Positions 41,901 to 55,928 of a stretch of DNA of 64,000 nucleotides are shown here, piece after piece. Under the pieces are notes generated by a model. It saw only the letters and a program-made list of their open reading frames with translations. It had not been told where the DNA came from and did not search any database. The position numbers and the translations under genes were made by a program. The DNA lies in NCBI RefSeq assembly GCF_001186125.1, contig NW_014040109.1:1-64000 (forward strand), read 5' to 3'. The DNA is from Sphaeroforma arctica JP610. Taxonomy: Eukaryota. How positions within the stretch are numbered: the first letter of the stretch is position 1; each line of letters starts with the position of its first letter.

Positions 41901-44900
41901 CATAAACGAATTCGGTTGTGTTAGAATGCTCACCTTCAAGCGCCATCTGCCGTGGTGAATTGACACGCAAGTGCTGTTGAGCACGGGGCGAGGCACTCGG
42001 CGACATACCACTGCCAGTTGTAAGGCTGCCTGTTTATCAGAATCAAAACGAAAGACATAGGCCATGCCTACGCGTAAATACATGACTGATGTATCAGTAT
42101 AGGCGAGCCATCATTCAGAATAGCGCGGGAAACAGCCGTCTAAATACACGCCATTGCGCTATTGCAACATGTTCTACTCCTAGTACGCGGTGAATACTGA
42201 AGCTGAATGTTGCTATTGCGTTCAATATCGTCATTATCCCAAAATTATACAAATCCGCGCTCCTTTATAAAAGAGAAAAACCACATCGCCGAACTATGAC
42301 ACATATGAAATAGGTCTCACACTATGTGGTACTTGAACGACAAATAAAAAAATACTTATCACTCACTTGTCACTCAAAGTGTGTGGTGAGATTTGGAGTG
42401 ACTAAAACTGTGCATGTGCGGATGTGTGCCCAATACTATTATACCGGTGACATAGGTGTGCACATGACGAGTATATGCACCACGCAGAGCGTGCATAGCA
42501 AAGTAAGTGAATACAGCGGCATAACAAACAAGTCGACGTAATCAACCGGCTGCCACTTCTATGTGACCGCCGGCAGTGACTCACGAAATGTATACTTGTA
42601 CATAAGCACACATAATATACATACACGCATACACAACATGCGCACATGCACACATGCATAACATGCGTACACATACACATAGAACATACACAACATACAC
42701 GCATACATAAAATGTGTACATACTTGCAGTTGGCTGCCAGTCCTTCAGAATAGCTGATGACGCGCTCTCCACGAATACAGTACTGACGAGAGATTTCGCT
42801 GGCGGGCCTGCCTCACGCGAAATCTCACCTGCGTGTGCAACAAAAATCGTAGTGTATGTATGAGAGCGACAGAAAGTCACCAGTGTATGTGTATAATACC
42901 TGTCAACTATGCCTCTGTCAACTAGCCATCCAGGTCTTTGCATATGTAAAAAACAAACGAGCATCAGGCTACAACGGTTTTAGTTGTTCAAGTTGCAATG
43001 TATATGTGCCAAGATCTATAGAATGACACAGAACACTGTTTGATTGCCTGTGGCTATACTTGTGATTCCACTGTTGAGACACCACATGTACATTTACAGT
43101 TGAGTGTCGGAGACAGCTGCGGATAAGCTCGTCCCTCGACAATCTCGAGGTATAATTACATAGAGCTATATTGTATAGGCATGGTCTAACCGGTACAAAC
43201 GCTGCCATATATGTATTGGCCATAAAGTCGTGATTTTGACTGATCAACGTGCACCCAGAGTATCGTATATATTCATATCAATACAGAGTGACAGCACTGT
43301 TTTGTCTGTGAAGTATAGGTAAAATGTGTATATAAAGTTAACGCTCAACATCGCACCACGCCACCTACACCCCCCAAAACTACGCTTGTGTTACTGAAAC
43401 AGTAATTAACTTACCACGATAGTGTATGTTCCGTAGCGCAGATATAACGACATACAAACACTTACAGGAGCAGGCATTTGATGCTAAACTCACATAGACC
43501 TCACCTCCTGTAGCTGGTGCATCGGAGCTGTTTGTGTCCGTCTCTGCTTTACCCTCCAACAGCTTCTGATACGTGCGAGTGTCTGCCAGTGAATGTGCCG
43601 TGAGTGCATCCACCAGGCGTGGGCGGATGGCTTTTTCGAGCTTCATTTCGTATCCATTGAGCACGGACTTACGTTCGGCATAATCTGATACCTATGGATA
43701 TAATGCAAAAGTGGATTGAGCCGCGACCGTTGAAAGAAAAGGTGGAAATCCTAGGGGATGTGTGTCGTAAAGTAAGAATAAAACATTCGACAATGCTACA
43801 AACAACGTAAGGGATTAATTAGAAACCAGTACGGATATACACGAGAAGTCGACAACATATTTAGAATTGGTACAAGTCGTACATAGCAAGTACGTGCAAA
43901 TAAACAAGAACCCTCCGGTCATTACATAGACAGTTACGAAAGCACACAGGCTCAGGATGTTGACCTTCTTGAACGCGATGAGTAGGATGAGTGCCTCTTA
44001 GACGACCGAACTAGGTCTGCACACTTGAACGCTACAAGAATGAATGTTAAAAGTTACATGTTACAGCGACCCTCGAGCTTATGCGAGGCTAGTCTGTGGC
44101 TGATGAAGCTCAGAGAGGACCACAGTTGACTACGATCATACACAATTGGCTATGATGATACCTATCTGAATAGTAGGACGCAAACCGAACAAAGTTGTAG
44201 TCTGTTCCACGAAACTGTATCGCGGCTTGGGGCTGACGTGTGGTCATACACGTAGCGCACAAACTGATGACGATGTACGGTGGTTTTCTGGCCTAATGAA
44301 CGATACTTATAGGCGAAGCAACCCTAGACGAACACTTTGTTATCCGCGCATGTACAGTTTCAGGTATCGCTTACAGATCTAATCATGTAATGTTTTGCAT
44401 TGCGTTACTACTGCCCCGTAATATGCTCTCCCAAGTGTTGCGCTCTAGCCATTTTTAGCGCAGAGGCAGATGATGCTACAAGGCCGATAAATGGTGTCGC
44501 TTAGAATATCATGCTTCATCCTACCCCCCCCCCCGGCGCGCCCGCTTTACATACCTTTTTCAAATATGCCAAGCACGCTCGCAGCTCACTTACAAGCGCG
44601 TGGTATTCCAAGATACCGTCTCTGTATGATGCTCCTGATGTCTTGGTGGTCTGAAGCGTGTCGCCTTGACTGGCCGTGGAGGTATCTTGTGCGGTATTTG
44701 TGCTATTTTCTTCGGAATTCGGTGCAGCCTATTCAATTCAAATTGAATAGAACTTTGGATTGTGTTTTTATATCAATCGGTAATAAAAATGTATTGCGAA
44801 AGTGGTGACCGCGTATACAAATAAATTCATCTATGTGTGTACTCACGCAGTCTACTGGGTGTATGTGCATGAAGCGACATGAAAATCGCAATGCGGTTGC

Positions 44901-47900
44901 TATTGAACCTACAGTCACCTATCGATGATGTGTATTTAGCTACGTATCCTTATAAGCCTTATTGTCATATCATAATGCCTCTAATAGCCTCTCACTTCGT
45001 CTAGATTAACCACTGTGTCGCTATAGTCGCTTAGAAAGCAACCAATAGCAAATCACAAAGCTTGTGGCATCCGGTTGCGCGTGACACTGCACGTGACGAG
45101 GTGAATGCGAGTAATTACCCGACAAGCGTGTCTGACTCCATCACAGGCCTACATCGAAGTGAAATATTGACTTCCCGCCGCTACCAAGAACTTGATTCGC
45201 ATTATTCTAATTGCCTAGATACAAACCTACATTTTAACACGCGCAGTAAGGTTGACGTGGAGAACCCCTACTTTAAAATACAAGCCCAGAAAATGAAGAC
45301 AGCTATCTGGGATATACATCAACATATGAATCGTATTGCATACACATGAGAACGCCTGCATGGTGCATGATCATAAACACTTGTTGCACACACACGTTGG
45401 CATACTGATCTAGCACAATCCAAAGGGCGTTCCAGTTGCCTCCGATGGATGCCAAGGCCAACATCGCGCACATGCGAACACTAAGGGTATAGTCGTATCT
45501 GAAGAATATGTACACACTTTGATTGGCGTAAATGCTCACTTGACAACTACAACACCAGTTCAATCAAATCACACGCGTGTATTCGAATCCAAGATGGAAT
45601 TTCTGATACCACATACCTGGAGTTCTTCTGTAGCTAGACCTGGTGCGATACTCAGATTCTCAATCGTGTCTGCCATCGCGTTGAGCTGCTGTAACAGCTG
45701 TGTCCACTTCTGTGCCATTGACAGTGCGTTGTTGGTAGAAACCATGCGCTGCTTGACTGTGTCAACCTGTCGTTGTCAGGGTAAAAATTGAAGGCGTTCG
45801 CTCCCACGATGTATGTACACATGTAGTGCCGCTCTTGGGTTTATGCACAGGACAAGCCCTCACTCATATGAGTTCACACAGGTATGTGTCTTGTGTGTAC
45901 GTGCCTGACAGTAGATGCTTACATATGGGCCATATGTGAATATCTGGTTATTATCCAATTGGGTTTTAGCCTTTTACTGACCACTGTCAGTGTAGTGCAC
46001 AAAAGCGCTACACAGTGAACATTGAAGTAAAAATGGCGTTTCAGAAACAAGGCGAGCTTGCAACGTAAACACACTAGCACTCACACACTATGCACAAAGT
46101 TCAAATGTCAGTCTACAACCTTAACACAAATAAAGAATGGTCCCCTTGCAGAGGATTCCTGCCCACAGACACATAGCTGCTGACAGTGGTTCCAGATACG
46201 ATGAAAATAGCCTGGCCTGTGGTGTCCTCGGTTTACAGTGTGCACACGCAGTCCTACAGCTGAATACACTGAGTGCATATATTAAGCCCATGGTCTCCCA
46301 GCACAGGGACATACACCAAAAAATAAATATTGAAGTAGGTTGCGTGCGGGTTTTGCTGCGGTAACGACAGAACTGCACAGTAATGACACACCTCGGATAA
46401 GGTGAGGATGGACTGGCCAGTTGTTTCCTCGACCTTTTCTATGTCTTCGCGCGCTGCATCTAGCTTCTCCCATAGCGCAAGGGTGTCATACCTGTACAAA
46501 GCGGATGGAAAATAAGAGAGCTGAGACACGATACCGTAGCTTTACACGAGCAAGTCCATAACTATCAAACCCTTCATAAGTTTTATATCGGTATTCATAT
46601 ACAATTGGTTTGCACACTTATCCACTCAACTGTAAATAGATCTAGCAAGAAAAAGCCGATTCATGGATGTATTTGAGCAACTCAGTGGATAAATAAAGCT
46701 GTGTAGTTCTCTGTAGGTTTTTTTACTTAAGTGTACCCAAAATATACTGGACACGTTTAGATATAGTTGGAAAACCATTGAAAGTTGCGGTGCCTCGCAC
46801 TAGCGAAAACGGGAGTGAGGCATCCACCAACCAATCCCGTCCATTCATCACCAGGCAATAAATACACATTGGCACAGCGACCGACCAACCAACGTGCTTT
46901 GAGAGGTGGATTGTCAACCCACGGGTTGATTCTGATAGAAGTTACTAGATACAGATGCATGTGTACGTATTTACATCAATATATATATGCGAGAGAAGAG
47001 ACTTGAGTGGCGACGGTGATATTGGCGTAGACACACTGTCTATAATTTAATATATACACTCCATAAAAGTGATAACCAATACAATCATAGGGGTTTCGTT
47101 GCGAGATGTCCGTCTTTTCTCAAGATGTTGTTGCTGAATACAAATTAGCTCACTTGTATTGCCCTCGCACAGGGTACCGCCACTCACCTCAGTGTTTCGA
47201 CATCGATCAGCGCGCGCGGAACATTCTGGATTGTTTGTTTGCAGTCATTGTCTAGTGATTGTGCTAGCTCATGATACCACATTTGGAGCTGCAGCACTAG
47301 ATCGGACGCTTGCTGATCGATCGCATCGTCCCTGTCATCTGAATATTTAGAATGGTATGGTGAGAGAAACCGCCCAAACATAGCTTATGATTGCACGTGT
47401 GGAATTAAACGGGTGTACCGAAGTCATAATTATTGTGCACTCTCCGATGATTGCCTGGAACTACTTGGAATCCGAAGTATCGAGATCCTCTTTGCATACC
47501 AATTTCCTCATACAATTGGCACTTCCAATGGGGGCCGTCTCTCTCAATGAGAACTGCGCGATTGTTTACACATGTCACGAGAACTGCGCGATTGTTTACA
47601 CATGTCACGAGAACTGCGCCATTGTTTACATATGTCACGAGAACTGCGCCATTGTTTACACATGTCACGAGAACTGCGCCATTGTTTACACATGTCACGA
47701 GAACTGCGCGGTTGTTTACACATGTCACGAGAACTGCGCCATTGTTTACACATGTCACGAGAACTGCGCCATTGTTTACACATGTCACGAGAACTGCGCC
47801 ATTGTTTACACATGTCACGAGAACTGCGCGATTGTCTACACATGTCACGAGAACTGAGCGATTGTTTACATATGTCACGAGAACTGCCTACTTCCTAGCA

Positions 47901-49676
47901 TCGCACAAAGTCTCTTCCAGAGAGAGTGAGATTCAATACTTAGATGACCTTGGGCTAGGCCTTGGGCTATCTGTGCACACTACATACCAGCAGATAGTGA
48001 CGCATTCACCCATTTCTTGACGTCAAAATCGTTCTCAGCAAACTGTTTAAGATCGGACTCGGGCTGCGCCGTATCATAGGGATAATTGTCAGACAGATGA
48101 ATAATAATAAAATTTAGGAGGTTCTAGATCGGAACTTTATGTAGTGAGATAGGTACATCCCACAAGGAATAATGATAGTCCAAGAAACGCAAACAAAGGC
48201 CAATGTAAATGAACCATTCAAATGACACACATAGAATGTGTGATTAGTTCAAAACCATCCGCCCTAGTGAAGACTTCATCTTGGAGTGCCCATTACGGAT
48301 TCCGGCTATGCAAAATTGCTTATTCAGAAATATAGTTGTAATGAATTGCAAATTGCACTGCACAATACAATACGTATTCACTACACCCAGCTTTGAAAGA
48401 AATATCTGTCTAATTGTAATATGCTAAGGACTGCGCGCACGATAAGCATTTATTTTAAAATTGAACTCAGTTCCACAAAAGAGCCATTTTGGGGACGAAC
48501 ATTAGCATTTATATACGTATCTTGGTGAAGAGATTGGCCTACCGTGACAGACTACGAATCAAGTCGAATATGATCATTACAATATTTTCATGCTACGCGT
48601 GTGATGCACATAACATCAGGTACTTTACATAATTCGCATTCTCCCCTAAAATTGTCAGATAACAATTCGTTTAAACGTTAAGAACATTTGTCGGGAGTAT
48701 ATACACATGTACCTATATGCAGTGATGTATCTACTGATATACATGCAGATCTCGAATGAGATAATTTTAAAGTACCTATACTTCTACCTCCAGTTTGGTT
48801 TTATCATGCCTGACAATCCAATAGATATATAATCTTTCTTTAGTTAGCTACAATCAGAAACTTTACCGTGTACATTATAGGAACACACTTACATGCGGGG
48901 ACTTGAAATCACCTTTATGGAAAGCTTATATTAAAATGCACGAAGTATGCAATAGTGATACATACAACTACTGAAATTCATATGCGTTAGATAATTGTAT
49001 CTTTGTGAGAAACAATTTCAAAAATTTGAGAAGATCCATTTAACATCTCTGTGCATTTGTACAAAGCTTCATTAAGGTATACGAGCGTCGATCTGAACCT
49101 TTTTAAAGACACAAAGCCACAGACTAAGTGCAGATGTATATTTTTCCGTATTGATTTTATCCAATTCTGTGCCTAAAAGTGTACTGTCTCATTCGTGCAA
49201 AACTGCACGGGCATTTATGGATTCCATGATTGTACTATTGAAATATATATACGTGCAATTTACATCCGCCTGTATATCACCATACAGTCTATCAGTGCAT
49301 ATCCATGTGCTTCCAATTTAAACGCACATATGTACATCCAAGTCGCATGAATTGAATGAACAAACACACACAACGGACTACCTGTACTACATAGCACAAC
49401 ACAATTTAGGTCTTTCATAGTCATGTACGCAACACACAAATACACACTTGGATGTATATTTAAAAATCATAGACGTATTGATCTTAAATTCAATAGGTAA
49501 TAGCTGTATGCTTGCGCGTATATTGAGCATATTGCAAAATTCCATAGAAATCTGTCCAAATTTACAGAGTCCATGATTGTATCAACTTGTAGGAAACATT
49601 TCTGCCCATGACCCTATAGGATTCTACATATCGTATTGGTGCCAATATATATAAATATACATAAATATATATATAC

Positions 49677-49755
<79 letters not shown>

Positions 49756-49823
49756 CGTGTATGTGTGTGTATGTGTGTGTGTGTGAGTGCGTGTATGTGT
49801 GTGCACACGTGTGTGTGTGTGTG

Positions 49824-49863
<40 letters not shown>

Positions 49864-50016
49864 GTTTGTAGCCAACTACTATTTTCTGGCAAACAATACA
49901 AACACATAGATCACAGTCTGTGTGTATACAATAATCGATTAGAGCTTTAAATTGGTACAATGTATATCAAATGTGTAGCCGCCTGCATTTTACCACTCAA
50001 TTCGATACCATACCAT
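32967..50016 (-). CDS. COG7: Conserved oligomeric Golgi complex subunit 7 (about 21+ exons; last exon below 32967 unresolved)
   Basis: Exons: ATG 50016-50014 (putative), 48063-47988 ([20 protein letters not shown]), 47338-47188 ([17 protein letters not shown]), 46491-46392, 45766-45617 ([12 protein letters not shown]), 44728-44594 (less certain), 43691-43505, 42828-42724, 41328-41192, 40399-40316, 39817-39700, 38793-38657, 37593-37380, 36984-36880 (DWSHFQ), 36701-36516, 35808-35749 (YNYL), 35325-35095, 34894-34660 ([24 protein letters not shown]), 34025-33895 ([26 protein letters not shown]), 33057-32967 (YLTNVL). These match COG7 family motifs from memory. Confidence 0.9.
37855..37874. other. 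Small assembly gap in a (TA)n tract
   Basis: 20 N. Confidence 1.
39350..39468. repeat. 29-bp repeat, 4 copies (COG7 intron)
   Basis: TATGTATTGCTTCAACAACAAACCACTTG tandem. Confidence 0.93.
47548..47888. repeat. 30-bp minisatellite, 11 copies (COG7 intron)
   Basis: GAGAACTGCGCCATTGTTTACACATGTCAC tandem. Confidence 0.96.
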
Positions 50017-50787
50017 GACGGCGTGATCGACGAAGAGAGACGGCCCCTGTTCTTTTTAGACAACTTGATGACAGAGCGAGTCACCTGATTAAATTTATAA
50101 TTTTAGCCACATGTAGACTGCAGATCATCTCCGAACTGATACGAGATGACGTAGAGTATATAGGGGATGTTCGTTCACATGCGTACAATGAGTGGCGTGT
50201 CAAGTTAATAGACTATTTAAAACAAGTTACATTGTATTTAACCGATACTATTGAGGTTGGATACACTTCTCACTTGGATACGCTTCCGGATGAAAGTATT
50301 CTGTTTACAGAAGCTGAAAATCTTTTTGGAAAAAAGCGTCGAAAAAAAGAGTAGAGTCATCACTTTATGACACTTTTAAAAGCGACTTAGGGTTCCTGTG
50401 CGTTGATCAGCAATGTACATGTAGTAAATTGGTACTAGCGAAAGGCACTGCCAGAAACTAGCCGGCAAGTAAAAATACCCAGTGAATATGGTATTTACGA
50501 CATATTTTATTATGGACAGACATTGCAAAACGAGGCTTACAAACCCTACAATATTGCTACGGCTGCGTTCGCCGCGAGTGGCAGAGTTTGGGCTCTGTGG
50601 TCTGTGGGGTGTTGCCAGAATACACGTGCACCAAATCCATCATCAGAAATGAAGTGTGGTTGAGATTATCATATCTCAGTAATATTATCGATATATTGTA
50701 TAATATACTTGCTTCGACAACATATTCGCATATCCGTCGAATCGCCTATCGTATACACTTACTGAACAGAAATATAGATCTATAATC

Positions 50788-53700
50788 ATGCCCAAGTCAA
50801 AGAGAAATAGAATCGTGACTGTATCGGCGACCAAGTCCAAGGGCATCGAGCTTAAATCTGATCTCGTGAAGCAGATTAAGGACAGTGTAGATGAGTATAG
50901 CAATCTGTTCGTATTTACTGTACAGAATATGCGCAATGCCAAGCTTAAGGATGTACGCAACGAATGGAGCCACAGTCGGTTCTATTTCGGTCGCAACAAG
51001 ATCATGGCAAAGGCCATCGGAGACACCGTAGAGACCGAAGTAGCTGAAAATATTCACAAGGTATACTGATTGTCTAAATCTTGCAGTACAGATAATATTC
51101 TTGGTCTCTCCACTGCGAATCTCTTCTATATATCAATTTTTCTTGTCTTGTTTTCTTCTGAAACTCCAGTTTACGAACCACAATGACATGCGCCTCGTTT
51201 TCGTGTGTTACGTAAGAGTAGCTACACGATGTCATACTGCGATATACTGTTCCGACTTCCGTCCTATCGTGTGCCTCACATTTGTAAATAAGGAATCTGT
51301 TTACCTTCCTATACTTTAGTGTATCTGAATACTTTTTAAATATGTCAAAACGAGTGCTGTGTGGTGTTGGATCGAGTTACTGTCGTGTCTTCAAGCTAGA
51401 TTTCCTCTGTAATCATTTTATTCGCTGTGTGGGATGCGTAAGTTTGAGACAATGGTGTTAATTATTTGTCGTATCGTTGCTGCATCAGGTATCCAAACAG
51501 ATTGTTGGAGATGTAGGACTTCTTTTCACAAACAAAACACTAGAGGAGGTGACTGAGTGGTTCGACCAATATTCGCAGTCTGACTACGCTCGTGCCGGCT
51601 GTGTGGCTGACAGGGAATTTGTTATCAAGGCTGGAGACCTATCACAATTCCCACATAACATGGAGGTGAGTTTAACTGAATGCAGAAGTAGTTTGTTATC
51701 TGTGTACCTGTGGAGCTGTCGTTACTATGCAGACTTGTCACTTGTTATTTTATATGTGTGTATACCCACCTGAATCAATCAGATATCACCATTGACTATA
51801 TTGACACCGGAAGCACTCCATGTTTCTATGGTTCATAGACGAATTTTCTAGGTATATTATAGAGGTTGTGGGGTGTATGTAATTATCAAATAGAGATCTT
51901 CATTTTTTTGTTTCTTTTCCTGGTGCCCATATAGCCAAAAGGTAAACAGTTGTATACGAGTTCGATGTGTGTGTATGTCTATAAAGTACACCTCGAGCAA
52001 GCGCACAATGAATTTGCACGCTGGCACAACAATTATGACCAGCGAGTCAGCTCATTAATACAAACCATCTGCCCATATATAATCTCTATCTATCCGCCAT
52101 GCGTGAGTGTGCCCCTTCATATACCCATAAACATGTTTATGATGTATCGGTATGCTACAATCTCCGCGATATGGTGTCGTATGTTGAGTTTTTGCGCTTT
52201 AATTACATATGCCAATGAAGCTCATAATTGGAAGACTACTATCTTGGATATGGGACTGATGTAATTATGACAGTTATTCAGTAGCACGTGATTGATAAAG
52301 GCTGTATATATACAAAAAAATTCTAATTCGGTGAAGTGCATGCAATTGAGTAGATACTTTGGCTTTGTGCGATGTGATCTTCCCTACTATTGTAGATAGT
52401 TATTTATGAGTAGATACTTTGATTGTGTGCGATGTGACCTTTCCCTACTATTGTACAGGTAATACTCCTGGAATTGTATGTCTAACGCTAGCCTTTAGGT
52501 GTTGTATAGAACGGGAATAATCATATACTTATTTTGAACACCCTTCTAATAATATCTTGCATCGTTCAATATGCTTCTACATACTACATAGTGTCCAGTC
52601 TGATATGAAGTGGACCCCATAGCGAGGCGTTTTGTCACACTTTATAAGGGTGCATTGTGTAATACACGGTGATTCCGCGTAGTAACACAACTATATATAG
52701 ACTCATTTGTTTTCTTAAGGTCCAAATTGTAGTGTTCTCACAATGTATACAAAGTATGTCATCAAGCTGCATGATTGTTTTTCGAAGACAGATAACAAAT
52801 AAAAGGGATGTAAGTCTTCCCTTCTTGCTTATCACTCTGTCCCTACTTCTGTCATCGCATACACCACAGCCCCAACTTCGATCGCTGGGACTAAAGACGA
52901 GTATGAAGAAGGGCGTGGTCACTTTGGACGAGGACTACGTTGTGTGCAAATTTGGACAGACATTGAGCCCCGAGCAATGCCGCCTACTGGTATGTAACGG
53001 ATAAAACTCTGCGCAAAGTGCTATCGAGCATCTGTCACCAAAACATGAGTGGATATCTCAGGGGGGAAAGGAAGGTTGATTGTTGCAACCAATATTTTCT
53101 ATGCAAACTAGATTGTTCAGAATATATACATTTATTTATTATACGTTTATGTATCCATCTATATATGTATAAATATATTTTAGTTTATTTATATATATAT
53201 ATGCTTTTACATATACACGTGTATATCTACAAGCATATATATATATATACATGTGTGTATGTGTGTGTTTGCATATGTACACATGCGTGTAAATATCTAC
53301 AAGCATATATATATATATACATGTGTGTATGTGTGTGTTTGCATATGTACACATGCGTGTAAATATCTAATGCACATAACATAATTGTACATTTTGACCT
53401 CGTAGGGGTTGTGCTTGTACGTCGTTGGGCAAAATGAGTGTATGCCTAGTTTGTCATACATACATATTATTCTGGAGAGTTCATATATGTTTTGCATCGA
53501 ACAGGCTATGGACAATGCTACCGCTTCAAATCTTTATTATTTGATTATAAACTTTTCATATATATGCCTATTCGTTGTACTATATTAAGAATTGTTTTGC
53601 ATATGTATATAGATGTGTTCCCTTTCATTTTTAACGCGCATATCGCGACTATATATATGCTTTTACCGCACCCGCCTAGAGCATCATCATACCTTCTAGA

Positions 53701-53890
53701 CTGCCGCATTTAGTTTTTTCGAGGTGGTTAATGAAGCACACCATGTACGTCTTTCAATACTGATTCACTTCTCTCTTTCTCCCTGTTTCTACAGAAATTA
53801 TTCGCCGTGGAGATGGTTCAGTTCCAAATAACGCTCAAGTGTCACTGGAACCGCGAGGGCAAATTTGCCCTGTTGGATTCCGCCCAGTAG
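50788..53890 (+). CDS. MRT4: Ribosome assembly factor Mrt4 (mRNA turnover 4, uL10/P0 paralog), 4 exons
   Basis: Exons 50788-51060, 51489-51665, 52870-52989, 53795-53890. MPKSKRNRIVTVS; VQNMRNAKLKDVRNEWSHSRFYFGRNKIMAKAIG; GDVGLLFTN; DYARAG; HNMEPQLRSLGL; LSPEQCRLLKLF. Confidence 0.96.
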
Positions 53891-54399
53891 AGTAAAAATT
53901 ATAAAAAAAATTGTATATAATTAGAATAAAAAGACCTTAGATAGCTTAATAGTAGCCTCAACAACCGTGTTTGCACACATGTGTGACCGCGTGACTGCAT
54001 ATTTGCCTCACTGGATTCCGGCCTGTATTGGATACACCGGAAATGATGTGTATAGAAGATGTTTGACCCTAGGTAGCACTAGGATATAACACCAAGCACT
54101 CCATGCCTGTATAGCAATGTTACTTTCTAATGATATTCTTCCAACATGAATGACAGCACAACTTTCACAATAAAACATAAGCAGGAATTGACTTTTAATT
54201 TGAAATTGATAGTAAGAACATCGTCGACTATGAGGGAGAAACAGTGAAACACGGCAATATCTTGAAAGTGCGAGAGAAAAAACATGGCCTTCTTAAATGC
54301 AAGAAAAAGTACTCTACTTTCAATAAGAACAGGCAAGATTTGTAGTCGTATTAGTGCTACATATACTGTAGCCGGTAGTATATGTCTCTTTGGACACTG

Positions 54400-54750
54400 C
54401 CGAGTGAAGAGTGTCGACGTTATAGTGAGCGTTAGAGCCGACTGTCGACTTATAGCGAGTTAGTGTCGAGTGTCGACTATATAGTGAACGTTAGAGCTGA
54501 GTGTCGACTTATATCGAGTTAGTGACGAGTGTCACTTTATAGTGAGCGCTAGAGCTGAGTGTCGGGCTACGCCATAAGTGACAAGTGTCGACTTTATAGT
54601 GAGCTGTAGTGCCGAGTGTCGACTTTATAGTGAGCTGTAGTGCCGAGTGTCGACTTTATAGAGAGCTGTAGTGCCGAGTGTCGACTTTATAGTGAGCTGT
54701 AGTGCCGAGTGTCGACTTTATAGAGAGCTGTAGTGCCGAGTGTCGAGCTA
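54400..54750. repeat. 31-bp minisatellite with older degenerate copies, downstream of MRT4
   Basis: GAGTGTCGACTTTATAGTGAGCTGTAGTGCC tandem. Confidence 0.92.
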
Positions 54751-55028
54751 CGACATAAAAGTACGAGCATGTCCATAACCTCTTTTTATTTTATTTTAGA
54801 TGTGCTATATATGTAGCCTTCTAGAGTTGTATGAAGAAGGCTATGAAATATGTCCCTCCAGTTTTCGCGTTAGTTAAAACGTTTACGCTTGAAATGCGTC
54901 ACCGGCGGTTTCAATGTGTGAGCACTGAGCAGTTTCATTCATATAAATACAATATGACCGTCTCTCTCCTCTATCCATTTGTTTTGATTTGCGATGTTAC
55001 GTTGATTACGTTCAACGAATACTAAAAA

Positions 55029-55615
55029 GGCTGAACACTGAAAGCCTGAAACGGGTGGCTCCTGCAGGCGGCTGTCTTGCCTGACTCGGTGGTGTCGGTG
55101 CCTCCCTCCGAGGCTCCAGGCCTCAGTCCTCGGGCCTCAGTCCTGAGACCTCAGATCTCAGTCCTCGGTCCTCAGTCCTCAAGTCCTCACTCCTCACTGT
55201 CCTCAGCCTCCTTCTTGCACTCCTTCTTAGTTCTTATTTATAAATAGCAATCTAGACTCGTTTTAATTTTTACCTCTACTCTCTAGTAGTTCTCTCTCTC
55301 TGGTAGCTCTACTGAATACTGACTGCTGACTACATCGTCTCTGGACTCAGAGTGTCAGTCTTCTCGTCTGAGCCGGCAGCCGGTTTCTGGAGTCCAGCCA
55401 GGGGACCAGGACAGTGACTCGAGTCCAGATTCCCCAGAATCCAGACACACTCCCGCGAACACACATAACAAGAAGAGAAGAGAAGAGAGAGAGAGAGACT
55501 GAGAGAGAGCGTGGTCAGTGGAGTCTCCTCGTGGAGTAAATAAAATATATGTAAATCTGTGTAGAAAAGCAAAAAAGGTTGCTTCCAGCTATATTTTACT
55601 CTCACGAGTTCAACA
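55029..55615. mobile_element. Putative solo LTR (about 590 bp)
   Basis: Compositionally distinct block ending GTTCAACA. Left end GGCTGAAC is a 6/8 match to TGTTGAAC. Flanks AAAAA/ATAAA. Internal CCTCAGT sub-repeats, TATAAATAG at about 55240, CT-rich tract, AATAAA at about 55539. Confidence 0.45.
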
Positions 55616-55928
55616 ATAAAAATGTTTTTATTGCAACCTATTGTCTGTTTTGGCTTCTTCCTCTACTCTAACGTAGACTATTGACTGAAAGAATAACAAC
55701 ACGTAAATTTGAACACAGTATATTTGTCGCATACTACGTTGTGTCATATTGTCAACCTGATAGACTGACACCTTGCCCAGTGCCCAATGGTGAAACGTCA
55801 GCCGGTCGTGTGAGAATGAAAATTTTGCCGTTTACACATTCATATGAAACTAATAATTCCATATAACACTATGCGAACAGTCAGTTGCCAAACACACATC
55901 AGCGTAACCCCCCACAACCTCTACAATA

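Noticed and set aside
44094..44130. CTGATGA cores (also about 10489, 19921, 44264) as hammerhead ribozymes or C/D snoRNAs
   Set aside because: No correctly placed stem II-GAAA/NUH, and no convincing box C/D pair with a terminal stem.
43940..44400. Possible decayed + strand ORF or extra COG7 exon
   Set aside because: Several stops, no recognisable motif and no phase-consistent splice pair found.
47387..48020. Cys/His-rich ([10 protein letters not shown])n ORF resembling a metal-binding repeat protein
   Set aside because: A 30-bp minisatellite in a COG7 intron, open in five frames.
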